A stretch of 64,000 bases of DNA from Nitrosopumilaceae archaeon (GTDB lineage: Archaea > Thermoproteota > Nitrososphaeria > Nitrososphaerales > Nitrosopumilaceae), in NCBI GenBank assembly GCA_965214835.1, contig CBDCCK010000002.1, positions 2,016,001-2,080,000 on the forward strand, given 5' to 3'. Under the pieces are notes generated by a model that saw nothing but the letters and a program-made list of their open reading frames with translations, was not told the origin of the DNA and did no database searches. The stretch's first letter is position 1. Each line of letters opens with the position of its first letter. Both the position numbers and the translations under genes were made by a program. Of this stretch, positions 38,529 through 49,059 are shown piece by piece.

Positions 38529-40361
38529 CTAAAGCCTGGTCACATCGCGAGAAAAGAAAAGATCCACAAGCCAGTCAAGCCCCACCCTGACTCTCTTCTC
38601 TAGTACCGGAAGGGTGGACAGATAGTACTGCTTCCATACAAACCATGCGGCAAATCCGGTCAGACTGATTCCAAGCATCCTTGCGACGCCGTCCCGCCTG
38701 CCGATCTTTGCCATGGATCCCTTCGACGAGTAAAGAAACCTGGATAACTGCCCCCTGCTGCGAACAGAGCAAATCAGATTCTCCGCCACAATCTTTGCCT
38801 CCCTGATTGCATGCTGGGCAGTCGGAGGATACGGGTTTCCCTGCAAATCCAAAATGCGGGCGCAGTCGCCTAGTGCAAACACGTTGGAACGGCCCGGCAC
38901 CCTTAGAAACTCATCTACCATGATCCTGCCCGTCCTGTCGTGTTCTACATCAAGAGACTTTACAAAATCCTGCGACTCGTTTCCGCCGGCCCAGACCAGC
39001 ACGGAGTAGCGCAGCTTGGATCCATCGCTCAGTGATATCTCAGAGCCGTCTGCATCTGTAACCTTGGTATTGTAGATTATCGTCACGCCTGCCCTGACCA
39101 GGGATTCGGCCGCATGCTTCCCCAAGACTCCAATTTCAGGAAGGATGTGATCCCTTGCCGAAATTAGCGTCACCTGGATGGCGTCAGAATCTATGTTCCT
39201 ATAGTATTTCTCTGATGACTCCCTGATGAACTCGTTGATTTCACCTGCAGTCTCCACCCCCGAAAAGCCGCCCCCGATTATGACAAATGAGAGGAGGCCG
39301 GCCTGCCTCGCAGTCTCCCGCTGATCTGCCAGCTCCAACTGCGCAATTACCTGATTCCTCAAGAGGTTGGCATCATTGAGGGTCTTTATCGTAATGGCAT
39401 GCCTTCTTATGCCCTCGTTTCCAAAAAAGCCGGTCTTTGTCCCGGCTGCAACTACAAGATAGTCGTATTCCAGCAGACTCTCCCCGTTTGAGTTCCTGAT
39501 GGCTGCCAGCCGCCTTTTGAAATCGACGCCAGTAACCTGCGCCTGATAGAACCTAGCCCTCTTGCAGAAATTTCTAATCGGCGTGGCAATGTGCCGCGGC
39601 TCTATCGTCCCAGTCGAAAGCTCCGGCAGCATTGGCGTGTGTAGGAAAAAGTTGTTTTCTGAAACAATGGAAATGCTAATGTCTACGTCCTTTTCAAACC
39701 TTTTCTGTATTTTCTCTAGCACGCCTACGCCTGCATAGCCGCCTCCCAGTATTACGATTTTTTTGGTGTCGGGATGAGCAGATGCGTGGATGTACCGGTG
39801 GTGCTCATTGAACGTGGAAATCTTTGAAAACTCTATGTCGCACGCATGGCACCTGTAGTTCATCCCTTTTTTCGCGGTCATGACGGAGGATGACGCCCCA
39901 AGCGTGATGCCCCACAGGGCGTGGCTAAAAAACGCCCCAAGCAGGTATCCAGTTGAGAATACTGTCCCTACAGCAGGGGCGTTGCCTATCTCTGCCATTA
40001 TTGGATGAATCAAAAAGTACTGTACGGGAAACGCAAAGACGACGGTTACGACAGCGCCTGCCAAGAGGCCAAATACTATCCCGTTTGACATCTTTGAGAT
40101 GTTGAGCATGTTTGTCTTGTATAGGATGACGCCCACAGATATTCCGATGACTGTGGCAACTGCAAAGTGCAGCAATGCGCCGACTGCAGGCTCCGAGGAT
40201 CCCAGAATTTTTGCCGCAGCTGCCCAAAACAGGTTAAACTCAGAGCTTGGTGCATCTGAAAAAAACACAGGCAGAATCATCACAACCGCACCCAAAATTG
40301 AGCCGATCGTAATAAAGAACACCTCCTTTCTTATTGAAAAATCAACGACAAGGGACTTCAA
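38529..40361 (-). CDS. Type II NADH dehydrogenase-like flavoprotein with N-terminal membrane domain and C2H2 finger
   Basis: ILGGGYAG, IIGGGFSGVETAGE, VFALGDCA, PPTAQHA; CHAC..H...H. Confidence 0.88.
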   Translation of the reverse strand: MKSLVVDFSIRKEVFFITIGSILGAVVMILPVFFSDAPSSEFNLFWAAAAKILGSSEPAVGALLHFAVATVIGISVGVILYKTNMLNISKMSNGIVFGLLAGAVVTVVFAFPVQYFLIHPIMAEIGNAPAVGTVFSTGYLLGAFFSHALWGITLGASSSVMTAKKGMNYRCHACDIEFSKISTFNEHHRYIHASAHPDTKKIVILGGGYAGVGVLEKIQKRFEKDVDISISIVSENNFFLHTPMLPELSTGTIEPRHIATPIRNFCKRARFYQAQVTGVDFKRRLAAIRNSNGESLLEYDYLVVAAGTKTGFFGNEGIRRHAITIKTLNDANLLRNQVIAQLELADQRETARQAGLLSFVIIGGGFSGVETAGEINEFIRESSEKYYRNIDSDAIQVTLISARDHILPEIGVLGKHAAESLVRAGVTIIYNTKVTDADGSEISLSDGSKLRYSVLVWAGGNESQDFVKSLDVEHDRTGRIMVDEFLRVPGRSNVFALGDCARILDLQGNPYPPTAQHAIREAKIVAENLICSVRSRGQLSRFLYSSKGSMAKIGRRDGVARMLGISLTGFAAWFVWKQYYLSTLPVLEKRVRVGLDWLVDLFFSRDVTRL

Positions 40362-40613
40362 TGCTTCTCATCTATCTGAACATGATTTTGACAGCTGGAC
40401 ATAATAACCATTTTACCAAATCCGGCGCACGCGGCCGCCTCTCCGGGCAGCTAGGCGCAGGCCTGCATGCAGCTGTGGTTTTTGTGACTGGCAGGTACGT
40501 GGGGCGCGGCCTCGTGCAACCTGACCATGCTTTTTCACATCGGGCCGGCAAGGCCTGACCGGACCGGATGCCGGGCACCATCCCGGTACAGGCAGCCCTG
40601 ACTCGCGCCCCCG

Positions 40614-40738
40614 GCCTGACTGCAGTCTGCCATGGCTACCGGTGCGCACATCAAAAAACGGATCACAGTTTTGACACATCGTGGCATGTTTTGATAAGAA
40701 AATGTTCGATTTTTCAACTGTGCACACTGCAGTCAGGC
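40614..40738. mobile_element. MITE-like element D
   Basis: IR gcctgactgcagtctgc / gcacactgcagtcaggc; interior homologous (inverted) to 44083-44168. Confidence 0.6.
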
Positions 40739-40821
40739 GTTGTGGGAACGGGGGGATTCGGCAAGACGTGCAGGCGGGGATATGGCGTCCCGGCAAGGCA
40801 ATACCCGGATTTTCCCACAAG

Positions 40822-43800
40822 TTACTCTATTCCTATCCGTACCACTTTGCCGTCAATGTCGACTTTTTTGTATTCACTGCATGCCTCAGAGAACTCTATT
40901 TTTTTGACCCTGACCAGGAATGCCAGCTCTGATGCCTTTCCCTCCAGCATGCTTTGCGACTCCTCGTCCAAGTCTAGAATCGATGCGACCTCCAGGACGT
41001 CGGTGGGGTTGTGACCCCTCTCCTTTCTAAGTCTCTGGATGCGTCTTGCAACGTCTCTTACCAGCCCCCTTGCCGTCATCTCCTGGTTCCTCTCCGTGGA
41101 GATGATCACCGTGATCCTGCCCCGCTTTGATAGCGCATATCCCTCAGATGCGCCAAGCGAGACGATAAAGTCCTCCTTGTCCAGAACGACGTCCTCTTCT
41201 AGCTGGAACGTGTACTGGGATTCTTCCTTTAGCGATGCGACGATCTCCTCGGGATCCGTTTCATGATGCCTTTTGATCAGCGGGCCCATGAGCTGCCTTG
41301 CTTTGGGGCCGACTCGCTTTGGCTCCAGCTCCACAACCGGCCTTACAGGCAGCCTGATCTTCTTCATCTCCAAGATCTGCTCTAGGCCGTCGTGGTTTTC
41401 TAGCTCGTGGATCGTGTACTTTTCTACGTTTAGCTGCGCAGTCAAAAACTCTGATAGCGATTCCAGCCTTTCCCCCAGGCCCCCCTCCAGGCAGATTATT
41501 GCCTCGCCTAGCTGCCATCTCCGCTTGAGCCCCACCTTCATTCTGGCAGCTGCCGCAATTGAGACGCATTCCATCATCAGGTCAAACGACTCCTCCACGG
41601 AGTCGCTGATCAGCGACTCTTGCGGCTCTGGCCACCTTTCGAGCAGGATGGATTTGTTTTGCCCAAACGTGCTTAGGTAGAGGTACTCGCTCGTGTACGG
41701 GCACACCGGATGGATGAGCACGTCAAGCGTGCCTAGCACCTCGTGCAGTACGGCATAGATTGCAAGCCTGCGATCTCTTTTAGAGTCCTCCTCGTCCCAC
41801 AGCTCCCTGCGCGTAATGGGCACGTAGATCTGGCTCAGCGAGCCGATGATAAAGTCCTCGATTGCCCTTGCAGACTCGTGGAGGCGGCACCTGTCGCCTA
41901 GCTCCGTCATGTCCCCGATCAGCCTCTGAAGCTTTGAGAGCAGCCAGACGTCTGCGGGGGTCAGCAGGCCCCTGTCACTTGCCCACCGGATGGTAGATGA
42001 GGCATCAAAGCTGTCGTACTGGCTGTTTTGCCTGTAGTACAGGTGCAGGTGGTACAGGGTGCTTACGACCTTGTACGGCCTTGACATGAGCTCCCTTGTG
42101 TCAAAGCTTAGCGGCTCGATGGGGCTTGACTTCCAGACAAAGTAGAACCTGATCATGTCAACCGGATACCTTGTCAGCAGCCCCTCTGCGTCCAGGACGT
42201 TTCCCTCACTCTTGCTCATCTTGCCTCCCCCTTCGTCAAGTACGTGGCCCTGGAACAGGAACGCGTTGTACGGCGCCGCCGGCGCGTTGTTCAATATTAC
42301 GTTCTCAATTAGCAGCGTATATGCCCATCCCCTCGTCTGATCGATCCCCTCCGTAAAGAACGGCGCGGGGATCTCATTCCTGTAGGCCTCATCAGTCAGC
42401 GACGAGTACGGCGCCGAGCCGCTGTTGTGCCAGGTGTCCAGTACGTACCTGTCGCGCCTTGTATTCTGGCCCCCGCACTCTTTGCACCTTACTATAACGC
42501 CGTCGATCCACGGCATGTGCAGCTCAAACCCCTCGCCGTCCGGCAGATCTGCTGAGTTTTCGACTATCTCCCTTCTTGAAAAGCACCATGTCTTCTCCCC
42601 GCAGTCCCCGCAGATCCATACCGGCAGCGGACATCCCCAGATCCTCTCCCTTGAGATGCACCACGGGTGCTTTTCCCTGATGATTCCAAGGAACCGGTTC
42701 TTTGGGGCCTCGTAAAAGTACTCGACGTTTTCGGCCGCCTCTACTGCCTTGTCCCCTAGCCTGTCGAGCTTGTAAAACCACCCCCTTCTTGCAAGCCATA
42801 CTATCCGATGGCGCGAGCGCCAGCACAGCGGGTACTTGTGTCTGATCCTGCCGATTCTTACCAGGGCGTTTTTTGCCCTCAGATCCTCTACGATTACCCT
42901 GTCTGCGTCCCTTACGAACAGTCCCTCGTATTTTCCGGCGCCTGCCGTGAATTTTACCTCGTCGTTGATCGGGCTGAAGATCCTCACCCTGCGCTTGGTG
43001 GCCGTCCTGATGTCCTCCTCGCCGTTTGCAGGCGAGAGGTGCACCAGCCCGCTTCCTGCACCTGCATCCACAAACCCCTCTGACACTGCCACGTGGTAGT
43101 TGTCCTCCGCGGCGCACTCTGCAAGCTCTGGAACCTCGTCTAGCAGCGGGTGGATGTACTTTCTGCCCTCAAACTCCGAGCCCCTGACGGTCCTTTCCAC
43201 TGTGTACTCGGCGATGCGCACCTCGTTGAAAAACTCCCCCATCCTGGTCTTTCCGACAACCCATGTCTCGTTTTCCACCCTTACATAGTGATAGTCCTCA
43301 TCCGGGTTCAGCCCCACCATTGCGTCCGTTACAAGGGTAAATGGCATGGTGGTCCACACGATCAGGAACGCATCCTCGTCTGCAAGCCTGACCTTGTAGT
43401 ACAGCGACGGATCCCCCACCTCCTCATACCCCTGGTTGACCTCTGCGTGGCTGAGTGATGTCTGGCAGCTGGGGCAGTATGCTATTACCGTATAGTCCTC
43501 TTCTAGTATCCCGTTTTCCTTTGCGCTCTTTAGGATCTGCCACTCCCTTTCGATGAACTCGTCCCTGTACGTCCAGTATGCCTTTTGCTGGTTAAACGAC
43601 ATTCCAAGCAGCTCGTCCACCCGGATCCATTTCTCGCTGTACTTTTGAACCAGCCTCTTGCACTCTGAGACCAGCCTTTCGACTCCGACCTTTTCAATTA
43701 CCTCCGACTTGCTCCCAGTTACGCCAAGCTCCTTTTCTGCCTGAAGCTCCACGGGAAGTCCCTGGGCGTCCCATCCTGCATTAAAGGAAACCTTGAATCC

Positions 43801-44016
43801 CTGTAGGGTTTTGTATCTGTACCACATGTCCTTGATTACCCTTCCGCGGAGGTGGCCTGCGTGCGGAGTGCCGTTCATCGTGGGCGGCCCCTCGATAAAC
43901 CTCATCCTTCCTGGCTTGTCTGAGCCAAAGATGAGGCCCTCCAGATCCAGATTCCTTTTATATTCTCTGATCTGGGACTCGATCCTCTTTGCATCAAACT
44001 CTCCGGCTAGCTCCAT
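40822..44016 (-). CDS. ileS: Isoleucyl-tRNA synthetase
   Basis: EGPPTMNGTPHAGH, WTTMPFTL, WCISRER, EGIDQTRGW, KMSKS. Confidence 0.97.
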   Translation of the reverse strand: MELAGEFDAKRIESQIREYKRNLDLEGLIFGSDKPGRMRFIEGPPTMNGTPHAGHLRGRVIKDMWYRYKTLQGFKVSFNAGWDAQGLPVELQAEKELGVTGSKSEVIEKVGVERLVSECKRLVQKYSEKWIRVDELLGMSFNQQKAYWTYRDEFIEREWQILKSAKENGILEEDYTVIAYCPSCQTSLSHAEVNQGYEEVGDPSLYYKVRLADEDAFLIVWTTMPFTLVTDAMVGLNPDEDYHYVRVENETWVVGKTRMGEFFNEVRIAEYTVERTVRGSEFEGRKYIHPLLDEVPELAECAAEDNYHVAVSEGFVDAGAGSGLVHLSPANGEEDIRTATKRRVRIFSPINDEVKFTAGAGKYEGLFVRDADRVIVEDLRAKNALVRIGRIRHKYPLCWRSRHRIVWLARRGWFYKLDRLGDKAVEAAENVEYFYEAPKNRFLGIIREKHPWCISRERIWGCPLPVWICGDCGEKTWCFSRREIVENSADLPDGEGFELHMPWIDGVIVRCKECGGQNTRRDRYVLDTWHNSGSAPYSSLTDEAYRNEIPAPFFTEGIDQTRGWAYTLLIENVILNNAPAAPYNAFLFQGHVLDEGGGKMSKSEGNVLDAEGLLTRYPVDMIRFYFVWKSSPIEPLSFDTRELMSRPYKVVSTLYHLHLYYRQNSQYDSFDASSTIRWASDRGLLTPADVWLLSKLQRLIGDMTELGDRCRLHESARAIEDFIIGSLSQIYVPITRRELWDEEDSKRDRRLAIYAVLHEVLGTLDVLIHPVCPYTSEYLYLSTFGQNKSILLERWPEPQESLISDSVEESFDLMMECVSIAAAARMKVGLKRRWQLGEAIICLEGGLGERLESLSEFLTAQLNVEKYTIHELENHDGLEQILEMKKIRLPVRPVVELEPKRVGPKARQLMGPLIKRHHETDPEEIVASLKEESQYTFQLEEDVVLDKEDFIVSLGASEGYALSKRGRITVIISTERNQEMTARGLVRDVARRIQRLRKERGHNPTDVLEVASILDLDEESQSMLEGKASELAFLVRVKKIEFSEACSEYKKVDIDGKVVRIGIE

Positions 44017-44082
44017 TTGCCCCCTGACTGGTATGTCCCGTGACGTAATAAAGCTAAATGAACCTGCAGGCATGGGGCAATG

Positions 44083-44168
44083 GTGCACACAGTTGAAAAA
44101 TTGTGCTGTTTTCTTATCAAAACATACACGATATGTCAAAATTATGTTCTGATTTTTGATGTGTGTTC
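44083..44168. repeat. Inverted partial copy of element D upstream of ileS
   Basis: cacagttgaaaaat..ttttcttatcaaaacat..cacgatatgtcaaaa matches the reverse complement of ~40645-40730. Confidence 0.6.
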
Positions 44169-44362
44169 TATATTTCTCTGCTGGACGGGCAGAGTCACAA
44201 CTGGCCGATTCGTGCCCGGCCGGTCAGGGGTAGGTGACGCTGCATGCCGGTAATCACAATTCCCTGATGCCATCTGCCGTCCACGGCATGTGATCATGAG
44301 GCGCTGCGGGAGCCCTTCGTCAGCACGCTTGCCCAACTAGTAGGCAAAAAGGCCCTGCCTGC

Positions 44363-44917
44363 CTATGGCCTGTAAACCCGCTCCTCTGTGACGACATAGT
44401 CCATCTGGACGTCGTGCTCCTCGCGTGGCATGGCCCTGACGATCTGCTTTTGAAAGCACAGTGCGATCTTTACTGCCCCGCTGCCGGCCAGATACCTGTC
44501 ATAGAATCCCCGTCCATGCCCGATTCTATACCCGTCCACTGACGCCCCCACGGCTGGGATTACCAGCACCTCCATTTTTTGTGCGGCAGGGCATCCCTCC
44601 TTTGGCTCCATAATGTCAAAACTGCCCGGCTCCAGGCTTGAGAATCCCTCTATCTCCCTGAACTCCAGCTCCTCCCCTGAAACCTTGGGCAGGTACACCC
44701 TTCGCCCGTTGCTTATCGCCTCTTGCATTATTTTCTGCGTAAGCACCTCGCTGCCTGCCGGATAGTACAGTCCGATTTTTGTGGCAAGGTTAAACGGCGG
44801 GATCTTTTTCAAGTTGGCATGTATTTTTCCCGAATTGATCTCCATTAGATCGTGTGACGTCCCGTCTCTTTTCTCCAGCAGCAGCTTTCGCAGCGCCGCC
44901 TTTTTCTCACTGGCCAA
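44363..44917 (-). CDS. 5-formyltetrahydrofolate cyclo-ligase
   Basis: KAALRK, RIGHGRGFYDRYL, EEHDVQMDYVVTE. Confidence 0.93.
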   Translation of the reverse strand: MASEKKAALRKLLLEKRDGTSHDLMEINSGKIHANLKKIPPFNLATKIGLYYPAGSEVLTQKIMQEAISNGRRVYLPKVSGEELEFREIEGFSSLEPGSFDIMEPKEGCPAAQKMEVLVIPAVGASVDGYRIGHGRGFYDRYLAGSGAVKIALCFQKQIVRAMPREEHDVQMDYVVTEERVYRP

Positions 44918-45770
44918 GGTGACCTGACAGGGATGCGGCAGTTACCGTGTTTTTTAGCAGCATGGCCACCGTCATGGGTCCCACCCCTCCGGGAACCGGC
45001 GTTGCAAATGCAGCCTTTTGAATAATGTCCTCATAGTCTGCATCCCCTGCAAGCCTTCCCTCGTGGCGGGTGATGGCGACATCGATGACGACTGCGCCGT
45101 CCTTTATCATGTCTGGCGTTAGTGTGAATCTGGACCTGTCTCCTACTGCTGAAACAACGATGTCTGCGGCCAGGCACCGCCCCCTTAGATCCCTCGTCTT
45201 GGAATGGCACGTAGTAACTGTTGCATTTTTTTCCAATAGCAGGTGGTACAGGGGCTTGCCTACCAGGTTACTTCTGTTGATCACGACCACGTGCTTTCCC
45301 TCAAGGTCGATATCGTGATAGTCAAGCATCTCCATGACCCCAAGAGGCGTGCATGCCACAAGCATCGCCTTTTGCCTAGCTAGCAGTCCTGCATTGTACG
45401 GAGTCAGGCCGTCTACATCCTTTGCTGGGAAAATCCCTGATACTGCTGCAAGCTCATCTATCTGTCCGGGCAGTGGCAGCTGAACTAAAATCCCGTGCAC
45501 CGTCCTGTCTTTGTTCAGGCCGCTGATCACCTCCTTGAGCCGATCCTGTGTAGCATCTGCGCCAAGCCTGTGATCCCTGGTTGTAATCCCGACCTCAGCA
45601 CACGCATTGTGCTTGCTTTTTACATATGTTGCAGATGCGGGATCATCGCCAACTAGAACCGTGGCCAGGCAGGGCTGGATTCCCTGCCCCCGCAGCTGAT
45701 CCACCCCGTGTCTTACCCTGTCCTTTACTGCCTGTGCAATGATCTTTCCGTCAATTTTTGTCCCTACCAA
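44907..45770 (-). CDS. folD: Bifunctional methylene-THF dehydrogenase/cyclohydrolase
   Basis: YVKSKHNAC, GILVQLPLP, KDVDG, CTPLG, TPVPGGVGPMTVAML. Confidence 0.96.
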   Translation of the reverse strand: MVGTKIDGKIIAQAVKDRVRHGVDQLRGQGIQPCLATVLVGDDPASATYVKSKHNACAEVGITTRDHRLGADATQDRLKEVISGLNKDRTVHGILVQLPLPGQIDELAAVSGIFPAKDVDGLTPYNAGLLARQKAMLVACTPLGVMEMLDYHDIDLEGKHVVVINRSNLVGKPLYHLLLEKNATVTTCHSKTRDLRGRCLAADIVVSAVGDRSRFTLTPDMIKDGAVVIDVAITRHEGRLAGDADYEDIIQKAAFATPVPGGVGPMTVAMLLKNTVTAASLSGHLGQ

Positions 45771-46104
45771 TGGACAGATTGTGAATATTTGCTATTTAAT
45801 CCTTGAAAAGCTAATCGGGGCCTAGTATCGGAGCCTGCTGGAATCCGGCGACACCCTCCACCATACTGCTGCGTGATTCTGCCGTCAGGCATCTGCTGGG
45901 AGGTAACAGGTCGGGTTCTGGAAGTTCAGGCACAAATTTTGCCACCAAAAAGGGCCGCTCAGACAGAATTCATGCCTAAAATCAGGAGCAGCTTCCAGAG
46001 CCTGACCTGTTACGCTGGGAGCCTGTGTGCGCGCATGCACCCCATGCAAAAATAGGTGGGTGGATGTATCCCCCCGTGCGGCGCATTCATCCATTTTACA
46101 AAAA

Positions 46105-46467
46105 TCACTCGATTCTGCGGTAAATCACCTTGAACTCTTCTGCCAGGTCATAGGATGTGTTTAGTAGCCGAGTCATCTGGTTCATGGACGTCTTGCCCTT
46201 TCCCAGCTGCCTCAGGATTGTCAGCGCCTTCATGTCAGAGTTTTGCAAGACGCCGGACTGCCCCGCCCATGACTTGAACTCCTTGCTCACATCCAGGCAA
46301 AAGTTGAGAATGAAAAACTCCCAGTCCTTGATTGGGTTCACCGTAGGATCCTTGTGCATGATTGTCTCTGCAAGCTCCTTGAACTCATTTTTCCTGTCCA
46401 AAATGAGCATGTCTAGGGCCTTTTTCGTCCTGGCCTCCTCGAACTCCTCGTGCATCAAAATCGACAT
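46105..46467 (-). CDS. Conserved hypothetical protein
   Basis: ORF from MSILMHEEFEE; protein-like composition. Confidence 0.65.
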   Translation of the reverse strand: MSILMHEEFEEARTKKALDMLILDRKNEFKELAETIMHKDPTVNPIKDWEFFILNFCLDVSKEFKSWAGQSGVLQNSDMKALTILRQLGKGKTSMNQMTRLLNTSYDLAEEFKVIYRRIE

Positions 46468-46678
46468 GTCTTGATACTGCCGGCATGAAAGATAAAGCTG
46501 CACGCAGTTGAAGCTAACATCTGTTTGTTTTCCCGCAAAAATCCCCACAGGCATTCATTTTTTTCATATTTCATTATTAATACGACAATGATCCACAGTA
46601 CGCCATGAAACCGGCCAAGGATCTGACAAAAAAGGAGCTGCGCTCCAAAATGGAAAAGGGCGAGGTCATGCCCTTTAC

Positions 46679-47011
46679 ATGATGACTGGCATCTACCAGC
46701 AAATCTATGACGCCAAGCTGGACGGGCAGCTAGAGGGCATTTTGCTCAAGCTTTTAAAGTACAACCACTCACTCGAGGTACGGGAGCCTATTGGGCAGTT
46801 TTTACAAGACTACGGGGTAGTCGCCTGTGATTTTTCTGAGAGCTACAGGCGATGCAACGAGTTTGACAGTGCGCTGGAGGCCTACCACCACTTTGCAAAA
46901 AACAAGTGCATGCTGATTGACACCCTGCTACAGGACCTAAGGCATACCCTAAGCTATGACTCTGTCCGTGCAGAACTGTCTGCCATGCTGAAGGAAGGCC
47001 TTACCTTCTGA
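46679..47011 (+). CDS. Hypothetical protein
   Basis: 110 aa ORF, possibly extending upstream. Confidence 0.6.
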   Translation: MMTGIYQQIYDAKLDGQLEGILLKLLKYNHSLEVREPIGQFLQDYGVVACDFSESYRRCNEFDSALEAYHHFAKNKCMLIDTLLQDLRHTLSYDSVRAELSAMLKEGLTF

Positions 47012-47313
47012 TGGTTTCACATCTGAGTAAAGTGTGCACCTGCCGGCCAAGTCCTTAGAGTGCAAGTCAGTGGGGATCCGGTCTTGCCCTTGCTAGGACT
47101 GCCACACAATTCCACCTGCTTGACTCGGCATGTTTTTTTGAGCCTTCCCCCATTTTACGCCTGATCTGGATATCGTCTTGCGATCTTGGCCATGACGAGC
47201 TACGACGGCTCCGCCCTCCTGCTGGATCCGATCCGCCTGACCTCTGACCTGTGCCACACTTTGCTTGCACATGCTCAGAAACGCAATTATTTGGGCTATG
47301 GGACAGCCAAGCC

Positions 47314-47598
47314 ATGTTTGTTGCAATGGTAGATATCAAGCTCAAGGCAGGCGTGGAGGATGATTTTGCAAGGTCGTTTTCTGATGCAAACGCCGAGCTC
47401 TCAGGCTGCGAGGGATTCATAGGAAGACGCCTCCTAAGATCCGGCGATGGCTCGCTCAGGATTCTAGTCGAGCACGACAGCCGTGACACGTTTGAGAAAA
47501 TGCATAAGATCGACGCTCATGCAAGGTGGCACGGCAGGATGACCTCGTACATGGCAGAGGCGCCCCTGCCGAGATTCTTCCAAGTAGTTGCCAAATGA
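47314..47598 (+). CDS. Antibiotic biosynthesis monooxygenase (ABM)-like protein
   Basis: GVEDDF..F...GFIGRRLLR...HDSRDTFEKMH ABM pattern. Confidence 0.8.
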   Translation: MFVAMVDIKLKAGVEDDFARSFSDANAELSGCEGFIGRRLLRSGDGSLRILVEHDSRDTFEKMHKIDAHARWHGRMTSYMAEAPLPRFFQVVAK

Positions 47599-47963
47599 AG
47601 CTGGACTTTGATCTCGGCTATTATGTCGAGAGGATCAGAAAAGGCAAGCCCTATTTTCACACATTTATCAGCCGTCCAAGCCTGGCTGCCGGGGTTCTGG
47701 TCCTGGGGCCCGGCGAGGAGGATACGCAGGAGCCCCACGACAGCGACGAGCTCTATTACGTCATCTCAGGCGACGGATATCTTCGAATCCGGAACCGGGA
47801 CTATCCCGTCTCCGGAGACAGGCTGTTCTTTGTGGCCAAGGGTGTCAGGCATTACTTCCATGGAAACAAAAAGGAGCTCAAGGCAGTCTATTTTTTTGGC
47901 GGACCGGACTCAGCCGATTACCGTCTTTCTGCCGACTATTCTGATCCTCTTTCTTGCAAATAG
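47595..47963 (+). CDS. Cupin-domain protein
   Basis: QEPHDSDELYYVISGDG, VAKGVRHYFH. Confidence 0.88.
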   Translation: MKLDFDLGYYVERIRKGKPYFHTFISRPSLAAGVLVLGPGEEDTQEPHDSDELYYVISGDGYLRIRNRDYPVSGDRLFFVAKGVRHYFHGNKKELKAVYFFGGPDSADYRLSADYSDPLSCK

Positions 47964-48527
47964 GCTTACCGCCTCCGGATAGATCCTGTGCTCCTCCCTC
48001 AGTATCCTTCTTGACAGTGTCCTGTCGGTGTCGCCGTCTCTTACCTTGACGACTGACTGTATGATGACCGGGCCGCTGTCCACTCCGGTATCAACAAAGT
48101 GAACCGTACATCCTGAGTATTTTACCCCGTACTTTACTGCCTGCCTTTGTGCATCTAGCCCTGCAAACGATGGCAGTAGCGCAGGATGGATGTTTAAGAT
48201 CCTGTTTTTGTACCTTCTGACAAACTCCGGGCTGACAATCCTCATGAATCCGGCCAGGCACACCAGCCCGTTTGCAGGCGATACGCCGTACTCGTTTAGC
48301 ACCTTGACGACCTTTTTGTCGTACTCCCAGCGCGTTCCTGAAAAGCCCTCGCTTGCAACGACCTCCGTGGCTACCCCCAGCCTTTCTGCAATCTTGAGCC
48401 CCCCGGCATCTGCCTTGCTTGAAATTACGATGGCCGGATTGACTGGAATCCTCCTCCTCTTTACTGCCCTGAGTATGGACTCCATATTGCTTCCCCTGCC
48501 TGAAATCAAGATTCCTAACTGCAGCAA
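47910..48527 (-). CDS. purN: Phosphoribosylglycinamide formyltransferase
   Basis: ISGRGSNM, LAGFMRI, LNIHPALLPSF, GCTVHFVD, DSGP. Confidence 0.96.
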   Translation of the reverse strand: MLQLGILISGRGSNMESILRAVKRRRIPVNPAIVISSKADAGGLKIAERLGVATEVVASEGFSGTRWEYDKKVVKVLNEYGVSPANGLVCLAGFMRIVSPEFVRRYKNRILNIHPALLPSFAGLDAQRQAVKYGVKYSGCTVHFVDTGVDSGPVIIQSVVKVRDGDTDRTLSRRILREEHRIYPEAVSLFARKRIRIVGRKTVIG

Positions 48528-48567
48528 CCAGTGGGAGTGTCTTGAGCCTGCAATTAACTCATGCGGT

Positions 48568-48659
48568 GTATGTGGTCACGTCCCCCTGTTGACTAGGCGT
48601 GAAAATCATGTCATAGATATCAATTCGTGCCTGATTGGCAGGGGTAGGTGACCTCATAC
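48568..48659. mobile_element. 92-bp MITE with ends of the IS66 element at 35717
   Basis: Ends gtatgtggtcac..ggggtaggtgacctcatac; 8-bp TSD catgcggt. Confidence 0.9.
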
Positions 48660-48705
48660 CATGCGGTAGATGAACGGTTTTATCCTGCAGTGTCGTACCT
48701 CTGGT

Positions 48706-48987
48706 ATGACCGGGCACAAGATCACGCACATCAGGCGGAGGGGCACCGAAAAAAGGTGCGAGGCCATCACCAGTGTCAAAATGGACGGCAAGTCGGTACC
48801 TGTGGAGGACATTATCAAGATGATGCGGGGACAGGGCAGGGACAGGGTTCGCCACACCTTCTATATAGAGACCGATGGGATCCGCGTCTCTGTAAAGCTG
48901 GCGCCTGACGACGATGAGCCTACCTATATCAGAACCGAGAGGGCCGACTCCCCCTATGACAACCTGCTCAGCCTTCCAAGGTTCTAA
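48706..48987 (+). CDS. DUF3892-like protein
   Basis: KITHIRR..ITSVK..YIRTERADSPYDNLLSLPRF pattern. Confidence 0.75.
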   Translation: MTGHKITHIRRRGTEKRCEAITSVKMDGKSVPVEDIIKMMRGQGRDRVRHTFYIETDGIRVSVKLAPDDDEPTYIRTERADSPYDNLLSLPRF

Positions 48988-49059
48988 ATGATCATAGCTC
49001 CGGGTCTGTCCTGAACCAACCTTGCAGTTTATATCGAATCTGCCCTCCAGTGACCTTGT

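Noticed and set aside
47027-47264. MITE with gtaaagtgtg..cacactttgc ends
   Set aside because: Imperfect IR, no TSD and no second copy in the window
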